Shown: piece by piece, positions 30,722-39,516 of the stretch | Layout of the letters: each line of letters starts with the position of its first letter | Numbering within the stretch: the stretch's first letter is position 1 | Assembly: GCA_903930075.1 (NCBI GenBank) | Contig: CAIYWZ010000124.1 | Coordinates: forward strand, 1 to 49,262 | DNA length: 49,262 nt | Direction: 5' to 3' | DNA from: an uncultured Alphaproteobacteria bacterium | GTDB lineage: Bacteria > Pseudomonadota > Alphaproteobacteria > CAIYWZ01 | Notes under the pieces: model-generated | Told to the model about the DNA's origin: nothing | Database searches by the model: none | Seen by the model: only the letters and a program-made list of their open reading frames with translations | Translations under genes and position numbers: made by a program

Positions 30722-32152
30722 TCACGGTTCACGTAATTTTTGAAACATTTTCGTAACTTCTTGGGCAACAGTTTTTTCAACCAAGCTTGGTAAATACGCA
30801 TTGACCCAGTCTTTTAAAAGAGGCTGAATCAAATCGTAAATGAATGCCTGAAGCTGTGAGTTCTGATTTCCCATATCCAAAGATGGAATAGAAGGAGTCG
30901 GAATGATCGTCTCAGGTGTTTCTTTTTCTCCCGTGAGGGGAGAATTTTCTGGTATAACCTGCGCTATATTGTGAAGCGAAATGCTTGAAGCATTAAGAAG
31001 CGACGTTAAATTTTTTAAAGAGGATGGAGTGGTCAATGATTCTCCTGTTTCTTCTTTAGGTGTTTCTTTTTCTAGAACAGCCGTTTGTGGACTAATGTGC
31101 GTTGTATTCTGGGTAGAAATATTTGAAACCGCAGAAATTGACATTATATTTCCAAAAACGGGTGGAACCGCTGAGAATACTCTGGCTCCTTCTTTGGTAA
31201 ATCCATAAAGCGTTTCTTTAGTTGTTCCTGTTTCTGTAATAGGTGCCGTCTGTGAATGAACACGTGTTGCATCCCGCATAGAAATGTTTGGAACAGTCAG
31301 AAGTGACGTTACATTTCCAAAAACTGATGGAGCAGCGCAGAATTCTTCTATTCCTTCTTTGACTATTACTTTTTTTGCAATAAGTTCAGGATTTTCTGAA
31401 ACAACAGTCTGTGAACTCATGCGCGTTACGTTCTGGGTAGAAATACTTGGAGCAGGAGAAATTGATTTTACATTTCCAAAAACTGGTGGAGCCGCTGAGA
31501 ATTCTCCTGTTCCTTCTTTGGTCACACCATAGAGTGTTTCTTTTTCTGCAACAGGAGATGCATTTTCTAGAACAACCGTCTGTGGATTGATGCGCGTTAC
31601 ATTTTGAACAGAAATACTTGGCGCAATAGGAAGTGGCGTTATGTTTTCAAAAACTGATGGAGCAGCGGAGAATTCGCCTGCTTCTTCTTTGGTAAAACCA
31701 TAGGTTGTTTCTTTGGTTGCTTCTTGTTCTGCAACAGGGGAGGAATTTTCTGAAATAACCGTCTCTGGGATAACAGGGGTTATATTTCGAATGGGAATGC
31801 CTGACGCAGTGGGAAGTGATGTTACATTTCCAAAAACGGGTGGATTAGATGAGAATTCCCCTGTTCCTTCTTTCGTAAAGCCATAAAGTGTTTTTTTGGT
31901 TCCAGAGAGAAAAGGTTTTACAGGTTCTTGCTCACTCTCTACAGAAGGCTTACCCTCATGTTCGGGAACCGTTGATTGAGGTGCTGCTGGAAGTGGCGTT
32001 GGAAAAGGAATCGTATCATATCCCTCTTTTTGTGAAAAAGTATTCACCTCTTTTTTTTCTTCCACTTTTGTTTCTGCAGATATAATGCGGCGGATGGATG
32101 CTAAAATTTCATCCATCGACATATCATCATCAACCTTTTCTGGATGCGACAT
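30722..32152 (-). CDS. popZ: PopZ/DUF2497-family polar organising protein homologue with expanded repeat linker
   Basis: N-terminal MDEILASIRRIISAE and C-terminal LIQPLLKDWVNAYLPSLVEKTVAQEVTKM match my recollection of Caulobacter PopZ termini (MEEILASIRRIISED, LLRPLLKEWLDQNLPRIVETKVEEEV). Adjacent to valS. Confidence 0.75.
   Translation of the reverse strand: MSHPEKVDDDMSMDEILASIRRIISAETKVEEKKEVNTFSQKEGYDTIPFPTPLPAAPQSTVPEHEGKPSVESEQEPVKPFLSGTKKTLYGFTKEGTGEFSSNPPVFGNVTSLPTASGIPIRNITPVIPETVISENSSPVAEQEATKETTYGFTKEEAGEFSAAPSVFENITPLPIAPSISVQNVTRINPQTVVLENASPVAEKETLYGVTKEGTGEFSAAPPVFGNVKSISPAPSISTQNVTRMSSQTVVSENPELIAKKVIVKEGIEEFCAAPSVFGNVTSLLTVPNISMRDATRVHSQTAPITETGTTKETLYGFTKEGARVFSAVPPVFGNIMSISAVSNISTQNTTHISPQTAVLEKETPKEETGESLTTPSSLKNLTSLLNASSISLHNIAQVIPENSPLTGEKETPETIIPTPSIPSLDMGNQNSQLQAFIYDLIQPLLKDWVNAYLPSLVEKTVAQEVTKMFQKLREP
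30920..31891 (-). repeat. About six tandem ~54-codon (~160-nt) degenerate coding repeats inside popZ
   Basis: Repeating unit TLYGFTKEGTGEFSAAPPVFGNVTSL..APSIS.QNVTR..PQTVV.EN, seen at about residues 88-411. The antisense ORFs in the track repeat as well. Confidence 0.85.
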
Positions 32153-32169
32153 CGTAAGCTCTCTTTCTT

Positions 32170-32493
32170 TTATTTCAGTGCTGTTTCAACCCATTCTTTA
32201 AGCTTGGCTTTAGGCATAAATCCTTGCTTTGTGGAGACAACTTCTCCATTTTTAATCAACAGAAGTGTTGGAATACTTCTGACTCCAAATTCATTTGGCG
32301 TATGCGCGTTCTCATCAACATTCATCTTGGCAATCTTGAGGGTCCCTGTCATTTCTAAGGCAAGTTCTTCCAAAACAGGCTCAATCATTTTACATGGGCC
32401 ACACCAAGATGCCCAAAAATCGAGCAAAACAGGAACGTTAGATTCTAAAACTTCCTTTGAAAAAGTATCATCTGTAACAATTGTTGCGTTCAT
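32170..32493 (-). CDS. trxA: Thioredoxin
   Basis: WASWCGPCKM active site, 107 aa. Confidence 0.95.
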   Translation of the reverse strand: MNATIVTDDTFSKEVLESNVPVLLDFWASWCGPCKMIEPVLEELALEMTGTLKIAKMNVDENAHTPNEFGVRSIPTLLLIKNGEVVSTKQGFMPKAKLKEWVETALK

Positions 32494-32600
32494 TTATCTT
32501 CATCTCTTTCTATCTTCTTAAATTCTGATTACGAATAATTGCATATTTGGATTGTTTGCGTCAAGCAAAAATCTGGGAAGATACATTTTTTACCTCATTT

Positions 32601-33965
32601 TTACAACATCAAGGACTCTTTGATATGAATTGCTTCTAAAAAATCTTCATCGTGAGACACAACAATCATGGCACCTGGATAAACGATAAGAATTTCAATA
32701 ATATGTTTTTTGGTTTCAAGATCTAAATTATTGGTAATTTCGTCTAAAATCAGAAGTTTTGGCGTTTTTGAGGCAATCAGAGCCAAAGAAAGCCTTGCTT
32801 TCTCTCCGCCTGAGAGGTTTTGAACCTTTGTCATCACTTCTTCATTGCTGCGAAATAAAAAATCATTCAGATGTTTTCGCAAATCCACATGAGACCAGCT
32901 TGGTACGCATTCTTCTAAATTTTCAAGAACTGTTTTAAGTGGATTTAATGTTGAATAATGCTGATCAAGAAATCCGATATCATAAGCGTTAATAACGTTC
33001 CAATCTCCCGTTATTTTTACAGATTTGTCGCCTAAAATCGCCTTGAGAAATGTGGATTTTCCCGATCCATTCTTTCCTTTAATCGCAATACGCTGCCTTG
33101 AAGAACAAGAAAAATGGATATCTTTGAGTAGATTCTCATCATATCCTGCGCTGCCATTGGTCACGCAAACCAGCATTTTTTCTCCCATATTTTGGGAAGG
33201 GATCACAAATTTGGGTGTAATAATTTCAGGCAACCTAAAATTTTGCAATGTTTCATCAATTTTATTTTTCAAGATATTGACCTCACCACGCTTTTTCCCA
33301 GAGGTTGCAGAACCTTTTTCCTTCATGGCGCCTTTAAGCTTGCGATCATTTTCGTCTTTATTGGCTTTTTTACTCGAGGATGCCCGTTTTTGTTCAAACT
33401 CAAGGGCGGCTCTTGCTTTTTTCTGAGCTTTTGAGAGCAATTCCAATTGAGCAATTTGAGAAGTTCTGCAAGATTCGAATTCGCGCATATAATCATCATA
33501 ATTTCCGGAAAAAATTTCTATTTTCCCTTGATCAATATGCCAAAGTTTAGAGATAGATTTGCGCAATAACTGCGTATCATGTGACGCCACAATTAAGGTT
33601 CCCTTAAACCTATCCAAAACCTTAAAAAGAGCGCTACGATTTTTGACATCGAGATGATTTGTGGGCTCATCGAGCAATAAAACAGAAGGATCGCTTGCCA
33701 GTGCTTTGGTTAAGGCCTTTTGAAAACGTTCGCCACCACTGCAGTTCCCGGCGTCTTCTACAATTTGAGGAACACTTCCAAAGGCTATATTTTGATCCAA
33801 CAGAAGTTTTTCAAGAATTTTTAAAAGGCTTGATTTTCCAGATCCATTGCGCCCAATAATGCTAATTTTTTCCCCATAAAAAAACTCTGATGAGAAATTC
33901 TCGAAGCAGGTTTTTTGAGGAAATGAGAGAGAAATATTTTGAATAGAAAAAATACGATACGACAT
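32601..33965 (-). CDS. ABC-F-type ATPase (two NBDs, no TM domain), short form
   Basis: Walker A GRNGSGKS and GKNGSGKS, signatures SGGERF and LSGGEKARL, Walker B LLLDEPTNHLD and LILDEITNNLD. A Lys/Arg-rich interdomain linker. Confidence 0.75.
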   Translation of the reverse strand: MSYRIFSIQNISLSFPQKTCFENFSSEFFYGEKISIIGRNGSGKSSLLKILEKLLLDQNIAFGSVPQIVEDAGNCSGGERFQKALTKALASDPSVLLLDEPTNHLDVKNRSALFKVLDRFKGTLIVASHDTQLLRKSISKLWHIDQGKIEIFSGNYDDYMREFESCRTSQIAQLELLSKAQKKARAALEFEQKRASSSKKANKDENDRKLKGAMKEKGSATSGKKRGEVNILKNKIDETLQNFRLPEIITPKFVIPSQNMGEKMLVCVTNGSAGYDENLLKDIHFSCSSRQRIAIKGKNGSGKSTFLKAILGDKSVKITGDWNVINAYDIGFLDQHYSTLNPLKTVLENLEECVPSWSHVDLRKHLNDFLFRSNEEVMTKVQNLSGGEKARLSLALIASKTPKLLILDEITNNLDLETKKHIIEILIVYPGAMIVVSHDEDFLEAIHIKESLML

Positions 33966-34104
33966 AAAATAACTCCTTAAAAAAATGATAATTTCAATAT
34001 TTTAAAAAAGTTATTTCTTCATGTCGCATAGACTCCTGTTTGTTTAATTTCAAGATTAAATTTATCAAATTTTTCTTAAAAGTCAAGAATATTTTTGTTG
34101 TGAG

Positions 34105-34560
34105 CTACATTTGAGGGGGAATAGCCAGTAACCTTGTAATATTAGGAGGCGCATTATGTCTTTGCGCAGTTTGCAAGGGCGTGTGTCCATCACTATTCGT
34201 GCGCGTTAAATCCGCATGAAATTCACGCAAAATACGAATAATTGCTTCGTCTTCACTATTGGCAGCAACATGCAAAGCGGTCCATGAATTTGCCCCTGGG
34301 TTATTGATATCTGCACCGCGCTCGAGCAAAGTTCTCACTGTCATGCGATTGCCCAGCATAGCTGCATAGGTCAAAGGAGTATATTGGTGGGAAACCGAGC
34401 CGATATTTGCGTTGATTTGATTGATGTCAAAGCCAGGCTCTGAAATTTTTGCAAGAACCTCTACTTTATTTTCGCTATAACCAAAGACAAAAAATGGGTT
34501 ACCTGAGGCATGGGAAAGGGTTGAAAAAAAATATTGAAAAAAGAATAAAAAATAGTTTCA
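34105..34560 (-). pseudogene. Secreted ankyrin-repeat protein gene interrupted by a frameshift in a T8 (A8 on +) tract
   Basis: ATG at 34560 gives MKLFFILFSIFFF..., which stops after 20 codons. Removing one base from the homopolymer at 34524-34531 yields MKLFFILFSIFFSTLSHA|SGNPFF...TPLTYAAMLGN..., continuous with the listed 89-aa ankyrin ORF. Confidence 0.7.
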
Positions 34561-34670
34561 TAATTGTGTTTTCCTTGTAATAAGTTGATATCCAAATGAA
34601 CTCTCGCACAGATTTCATGAAAAAGTCAATAAAATAAAATAAATTATTTCGCCTTTTTGGAGAATGATGA

Positions 34671-36107
34671 TTACGCGTGTTTTAAGAAGTTTTCAATATC
34701 GATAATTTTGTAAAAATAACGTGAATCAACAATATCTGGCTTTACACCGCTGATGTGTAGTAACACTGGAAGTACGGCTGTTCTGAGGGGGAAGGAGATG
34801 CGATTTAATTTTTCTTCCATTTCATCGATAATATCCATTTTGATCTCGCGGTTTCTAAACTTGAATTCGCAGGCAAAAATCCGGTAACTATACTCTTGAA
34901 TGAGATAATCAATTTGACATCCTTTGTGTTTTGGAGAAGCTTTTTGAGTGTAGGGGTTGCTAAAGGCAATATCAGCAGGTGAAATATCTAGTTCCTCTAC
35001 AATCAGATGGCTGTTTTCAATCAGAAGCGCTTCCATGGCAAGCCCGATGATGCTGTCAAATCCAGGGACGTTGATTTTTGACCCACGCATTGCTTTTTTG
35101 CTTTCAATTTCCCCTCTGCGCGGTTCTATAAATCTCAAATAAAAACGTATATAGGAATCGGATAATCCGTAAAGTTTTTGCGTTGTTTCTTTTTTTGTTT
35201 TTAAAGACCATTGGTTGTGTTTTCTGATAAATCCGCAAATGACCAAATTATCAATTTTTTCTTTGAGATCTTTAACAGGAAGTTCTTTAAACTCATTTTT
35301 AATTTGATCAAAGGTTTTCATCTCGTTTGCTAAAATTTCCATAATTTTCTTATGAGAGGGGCCGTCTCCATTGAAAAGATCATGAAAAATCATATCGAAT
35401 TCAGAAACAAGTAACCCATTTTTTTCAAAACATAGACGTTTAATATTGGCTTCTGCTGTAAAATCCGGGTCTATTTGTTCTAAATAAAAGGGGATTCCGC
35501 CCGTGATACAAAGAATGCGATAAATGTCGTGTGCTTCTCCTCTGAATCCTTTCTTTTTTAAAAATTTTGCGCAGTCTGGCAAAGAAAGAGGTTCCATCAC
35601 CATTCTTAAAGATATTCTTCCCAAAAATGCTTTACTTTTTATGATATTTTTTTCAACCCAGGTTGAAATAGTTCCAGAAAAAACTAACATCAAGTTTTTT
35701 CTTTTAGACAGATGCTGATCCCACCATATCTTGAATTTTGGGATAAATTTAGGATCTTTTGAGGCCATCCATGAGATTTCATCAAATAGAATCACTGTCG
35801 GCTCATCGGTCAACTGATCTAGAAAATAATGAAAAACATCGCTCCAGTCTGAAAAAAATTGTAGAGGTTTTTTGATGTGTTGCGCGAGTTGTCTGCAAAA
35901 TTCGTCACGTTCATCTTGCGCGGTTATGCCTTCAATAGGAGCTGCTCCTGAAAAGTTTAAGAAACGTTTGCCTTTTGCAAATTCTTCAACCAAACGGCTT
36001 TTCCCAATCCTTCTTCGACCTTTGATGACGGTGATTGTTGCATCACCTCTTTTGAAGAGCTGATTTAAAAGATCGAGTTCTTGCTCTCTTCCAATGAATT
36101 CTTGCAT
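34671..36107 (-). CDS. Orphan P-loop ATPase (archaeal-ATPase/DUF234-like) with C-terminal PD-(D/E)xK-like motif
   Basis: Walker A GRRRIGKSRL, Walker B VILFDEISW, C-terminal QIDYL...FACEFKF. Confidence 0.55.
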   Translation of the reverse strand: MQEFIGREQELDLLNQLFKRGDATITVIKGRRRIGKSRLVEEFAKGKRFLNFSGAAPIEGITAQDERDEFCRQLAQHIKKPLQFFSDWSDVFHYFLDQLTDEPTVILFDEISWMASKDPKFIPKFKIWWDQHLSKRKNLMLVFSGTISTWVEKNIIKSKAFLGRISLRMVMEPLSLPDCAKFLKKKGFRGEAHDIYRILCITGGIPFYLEQIDPDFTAEANIKRLCFEKNGLLVSEFDMIFHDLFNGDGPSHKKIMEILANEMKTFDQIKNEFKELPVKDLKEKIDNLVICGFIRKHNQWSLKTKKETTQKLYGLSDSYIRFYLRFIEPRRGEIESKKAMRGSKINVPGFDSIIGLAMEALLIENSHLIVEELDISPADIAFSNPYTQKASPKHKGCQIDYLIQEYSYRIFACEFKFRNREIKMDIIDEMEEKLNRISFPLRTAVLPVLLHISGVKPDIVDSRYFYKIIDIENFLKHA

Positions 36108-36168
36108 ATTTATTTAAGCCTTTATTGATATATAAAAAGCATCATATCTTTTTAGCTGTATTTTTTCA

Positions 36169-36184
36169 ACACACTTTGTTTTCT
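36169..36184. repeat. Left copy of 16-bp target-site duplication ACACACTTTGTTTTCT
   Basis: Identical 16-mer at 37854..37869, immediately outside the IS inverted repeats. Confidence 0.8.
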
Positions 36185-37853
36185 TGTAGGAGCAATTTAG
36201 GAATGTCCTATTGTGCAATTTAAGAATGTCCGTTTTAAGAGAGGATAAAGATAATCGGGATATCCTGTGAGAAACAACTCACATTGAAGGATAGAAGAGA
36301 TGTCTGAGATTATATTAAGAGGGAAAGAATTGGATAGATTATTGATCATGAACCGTGTAAAGAATAAAGATTTAACGATGAAAGAAGCAGGCATATTGCT
36401 TGGTCTTTCGTGTCGTCAGGTGGGACGTCTTAAGAAGCGGATTGAAAGTATGGGGAACGAAGGGGTACATTCCCTGAACAAGGGTGGGAATAGGCGTATC
36501 AAAGAAGAGTTGAGGGTATCGGTTGTAGAGATTCTTAAAAATCCACTTTATGAAGGATTTGGCCCGACCTTGATGAGTGAGTATTTAAAAGAAAAAGAAG
36601 GGATTCGCTTAAGCCGTGAGAAGGTACGCCAAATGATGATGGAAGAAGGTTTGTGGAAAGGACGTGCGCGTCGTAAAGCCCGGATTCACCAGAGTCGAGA
36701 ACGTCGTCCTCGTTTTGGTGAGCTGGTGCAGATAGATGGGTCTTATCATCGTTGGTTTGAAGACCGGGGAACTGGGTGTTGTTTACTGGTGGCCGTAGAT
36801 GACGCGACAAGCAAGATCATCGGCCTTCGATTTTGTGAATCAGAAACAACGCTTGATTATATGGCTCTGGTAAAAGAACATCTTGAGAGATTTGGACGCC
36901 CGATAACTTATTATTGCGACCGGCACAGTATCTTTAAAACCACCCGCCAGAACAGCGCTGATGGACGTGTTCAAGACACACAGTTTAAAAGAGCTCTGGG
37001 TGAGCTTGGAATTGAGCTGATTTGCGCCAATTCTCCCCAGGCCAAAGGTAGAGTTGAAAGGGCCAATCAAACGTTACAAGATCGTTTAATTAAGTGGATG
37101 CGTATTCAAAAGATTGTGACAATGGAAGAGGCCAATAAATGTGTGGATTTGTTCATTCAAGACTATAATGGGAAATTTGGTGTTGTCCCTGAGAAAGCAT
37201 TTGATGCACATCGCCCTTTGAATTGCAGCGGGGAATCGTTAGAGAATAGTTTAAGCATTCAAACAAGCCGAAAATTGAGCAAGAATCTAGAATTTTCTTT
37301 TGAGAATCAAATTTATCAAATTCAAACGAAGACAAAAGGATATCGTTTGAGACAAAAGAATTTAAAGGTCTGTGGGTGTATGGATGGAGGAGTGAAAGTT
37401 TTTGATCAGAATGAGCTTCTTGCGTATAAAGTCATTGAAAAATCCTCTAAAACGCTTGTTGTTGATTATAAAAATATTAATTGTGTTGTGGATGGATTTG
37501 TCCAAGATTCTCACCTGAAAGAAGTTTCCGGTTGAATTGGGGCTTTGCCCCAAACCCCAAGGTATTTATCGATCAAAAAATGTGGGGATTGGTTCAGTGT
37601 TTCTTAATCTCTTTGGGATAGGCTTGTCTTTGCAATACAGGCAGAGGTGCCGATGGTTGCATCAAGAAATGAAAAAAGCAAGGCTATCACTGCTTTGCTT
37701 TTTTTTACACAAAACTCATTGACACAATCCATCCCTTAACGCTATTTTACCTTGAATGAAAACTTGAAAAATCAAGACATCTACATCTTGACGTTCAACA
37801 AAAAACGGACATTCTTAAATTGCAGAAACCAGACATTCCTAATTTGCACTAAC
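36185..37853 (+). mobile_element. ISNCY-family insertion sequence (~1.67 kb)
   Basis: Imperfect ~45-bp terminal inverted repeats: left ..GCAATTTAGGAATGTCC..GCAATTTAAGAATGTCCGTTTT, right AAAACGGACATTCTTAAATTGC..GGACATTCCTAATTTGC. One DDE transposase ORF. Flanked by a 16-bp direct repeat. Confidence 0.85.
36300..37535 (+). CDS. ISNCY-family DDE transposase
   Basis: N-terminal HTH (EAGILLGLSCRQVGRLKKR). rve-type core D (QIDGSYH), D (YYCDRHS), E (KGRVERANQTLQDRL). Confidence 0.85.
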   Translation: MSEIILRGKELDRLLIMNRVKNKDLTMKEAGILLGLSCRQVGRLKKRIESMGNEGVHSLNKGGNRRIKEELRVSVVEILKNPLYEGFGPTLMSEYLKEKEGIRLSREKVRQMMMEEGLWKGRARRKARIHQSRERRPRFGELVQIDGSYHRWFEDRGTGCCLLVAVDDATSKIIGLRFCESETTLDYMALVKEHLERFGRPITYYCDRHSIFKTTRQNSADGRVQDTQFKRALGELGIELICANSPQAKGRVERANQTLQDRLIKWMRIQKIVTMEEANKCVDLFIQDYNGKFGVVPEKAFDAHRPLNCSGESLENSLSIQTSRKLSKNLEFSFENQIYQIQTKTKGYRLRQKNLKVCGCMDGGVKVFDQNELLAYKVIEKSSKTLVVDYKNINCVVDGFVQDSHLKEVSG

Positions 37854-39134
37854 ACACACTTTGTTTTCTCGTTTGACCCAGATGTATACAGGAATTCCGA
37901 TGATAAAGCCGCATAAAGAAAGAAGAACCATTTCCACAGATGCTGCCCACATGGCCCAGAGGATGAAGATGGTGCTCAAAAGGGCTAAACTCATTTCGAT
38001 CCAGCTTAACGGGCGTTCTTTTTTTGTGAGCTTGATGAAACTTAAAACGCACAGGAAATAGATCACAAAAATCAGGGTTAGGGATATTTCGATGATGGAT
38101 TGAAATTGTTTTCCGAGGTTTTCGTTGTGGGAGATGAAAATCAAAGACAATGTGCACAGGGAAGAAATCAGGATGCTGATATGCGGGGCATCAAAGCGGT
38201 TGAGTTTACCAAAAATCTTGGGGAATAATCCGTCTTTAACTGCGCTTAAGGGAATTTGTCCCACCACAAAAATCCATCCATGGAGGGCTCCGATCATGGA
38301 GATGATTGTGATGATTGAGATGGGAACTCCCCAATTTCCCCCAAAAATATGAGAGGCAATATCGGCATATGGGGCTTTTGAGTGCATCAAAACATCGCAA
38401 GGGATAATCCCGATTGTGGCTATAGTTCCTAAAATATAGACCGTCATGGCAATAAAAGTGCCTGTTAAAACGGCTCTTGGAATGGTTTTAGATGGATTAT
38501 CAACTTGTTCTCCAGGGACCGTTCCCGTTTCAAGACCGACAAATCCCCAAAGTGTGAGAAATGTAACCGTATTGAATGATTCCCAGAATTTAAAGCTGTC
38601 GGGACTGGTAATTTCAAAATGATCAATATTGATCCAAAAAAGACCAATCAAAGGTAGAAGAAGCAAGGGGATGATTTTAAAAATGGTGAGCAAAAGTTCA
38701 CCCTTAGCGGTGACGCTGACACTTAAAAGATTAAATGCCGTGAGCAAAGACAACACCAGAATTTGTAAGTGCATGCTATAGGCGTCATATCCTGCGGGAA
38801 GAAGGGGGAGCATGTACCCAACAATGCCAATGACAAGGGATAAATTGCTGATCCAGGCCATCATCCAATATCCCCAACAGGTTGCAAAACCCATTTTTTC
38901 CCCAAAAGCTTCCCTTACATACACGTAAGGTCCTCCGCTTAAGGGGAGTTTGCCAGAAAGCTTTGCAAAAATCATGGCCAGCATCACCGCGCCACAGGAT
39001 GCAGCAATCCATCCTAAAAGGCTGATGCCTTTAAAGGGGGCTAAATTTGCAGGGAGCATAAAGACGCCTGCTCCCACAAGGTTTCCAACAACTAAGGCGG
39101 TCAAAGACCAAAATCCGATTTTTTTCTGTGTCAT
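37839..39134 (-). CDS. APC-superfamily amino acid/polyamine antiporter (AdiC/PotE/ArcD-like)
   Basis: LTALVVGNLVGAGVFMLPANLA resembles the AdiC-type GSG/unwound TM1 motif. About 12 TM helices. The last 4 codons and the stop (37853..37839) are IS-derived. Confidence 0.8.
   Translation of the reverse strand: MTQKKIGFWSLTALVVGNLVGAGVFMLPANLAPFKGISLLGWIAASCGAVMLAMIFAKLSGKLPLSGGPYVYVREAFGEKMGFATCWGYWMMAWISNLSLVIGIVGYMLPLLPAGYDAYSMHLQILVLSLLTAFNLLSVSVTAKGELLLTIFKIIPLLLLPLIGLFWINIDHFEITSPDSFKFWESFNTVTFLTLWGFVGLETGTVPGEQVDNPSKTIPRAVLTGTFIAMTVYILGTIATIGIIPCDVLMHSKAPYADIASHIFGGNWGVPISIITIISMIGALHGWIFVVGQIPLSAVKDGLFPKIFGKLNRFDAPHISILISSLCTLSLIFISHNENLGKQFQSIIEISLTLIFVIYFLCVLSFIKLTKKERPLSWIEMSLALLSTIFILWAMWAASVEMVLLSLCGFIIGIPVYIWVKRENKVCVSAN
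37854..37869. repeat. Right copy of 16-bp target-site duplication
   Basis: Identical to 36169..36184. Confidence 0.8.
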
Positions 39135-39297
39135 TTTATCACTCTATATTATTTAATAACAGATGGATCAATATACTTAAAATCACAGAAAAATCAATAA
39201 ATATCATAAAAAATACGAGCATGCCCTGGACTTCTTCATCAATTGTGTGTATAAGAACTATAAAAGTTAATATTATTGAAGGAGAAATACACACAAG

Positions 39298-39516
39298 ATG
39301 AGTAAAGAAGATTTAATTGAATTTTCTGGCGTTGTAATGGAAGTTTTGCCCAATGCGATGTATCGTGTTAAATTGGATAATGATCATTTGATTTTAGCCC
39401 ATAGTTCTGGGAAAATGAAGAAAAATAAAATCCGCGTGATTGTGGGGGATCAGGTTAATGTTGAAATGACACCCTATGATTTAACCAAAGGACGTATAAC
39501 TTTTAGACAAAAATGA
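39298..39516 (+). CDS. infA: Translation initiation factor IF-1
   Basis: 72 aa, [28 protein letters not shown]...GRITFR. Confidence 0.97.
   Translation: MSKEDLIEFSGVVMEVLPNAMYRVKLDNDHLILAHSSGKMKKNKIRVIVGDQVNVEMTPYDLTKGRITFRQK

Noticed and set aside
30981-31532. Two + strand ORFs (75 and 82 aa) with similar sequences
   Set aside because: They are antisense to the popZ repeat array. Their mutual similarity only reflects the tandem coding repeats on the other strand.
37537-37722. 61-aa ORF after the transposase gene
   Set aside because: It lies inside the IS non-coding tail, has no ribosome-binding site or recognisable family, and spans a terminator-like hairpin.
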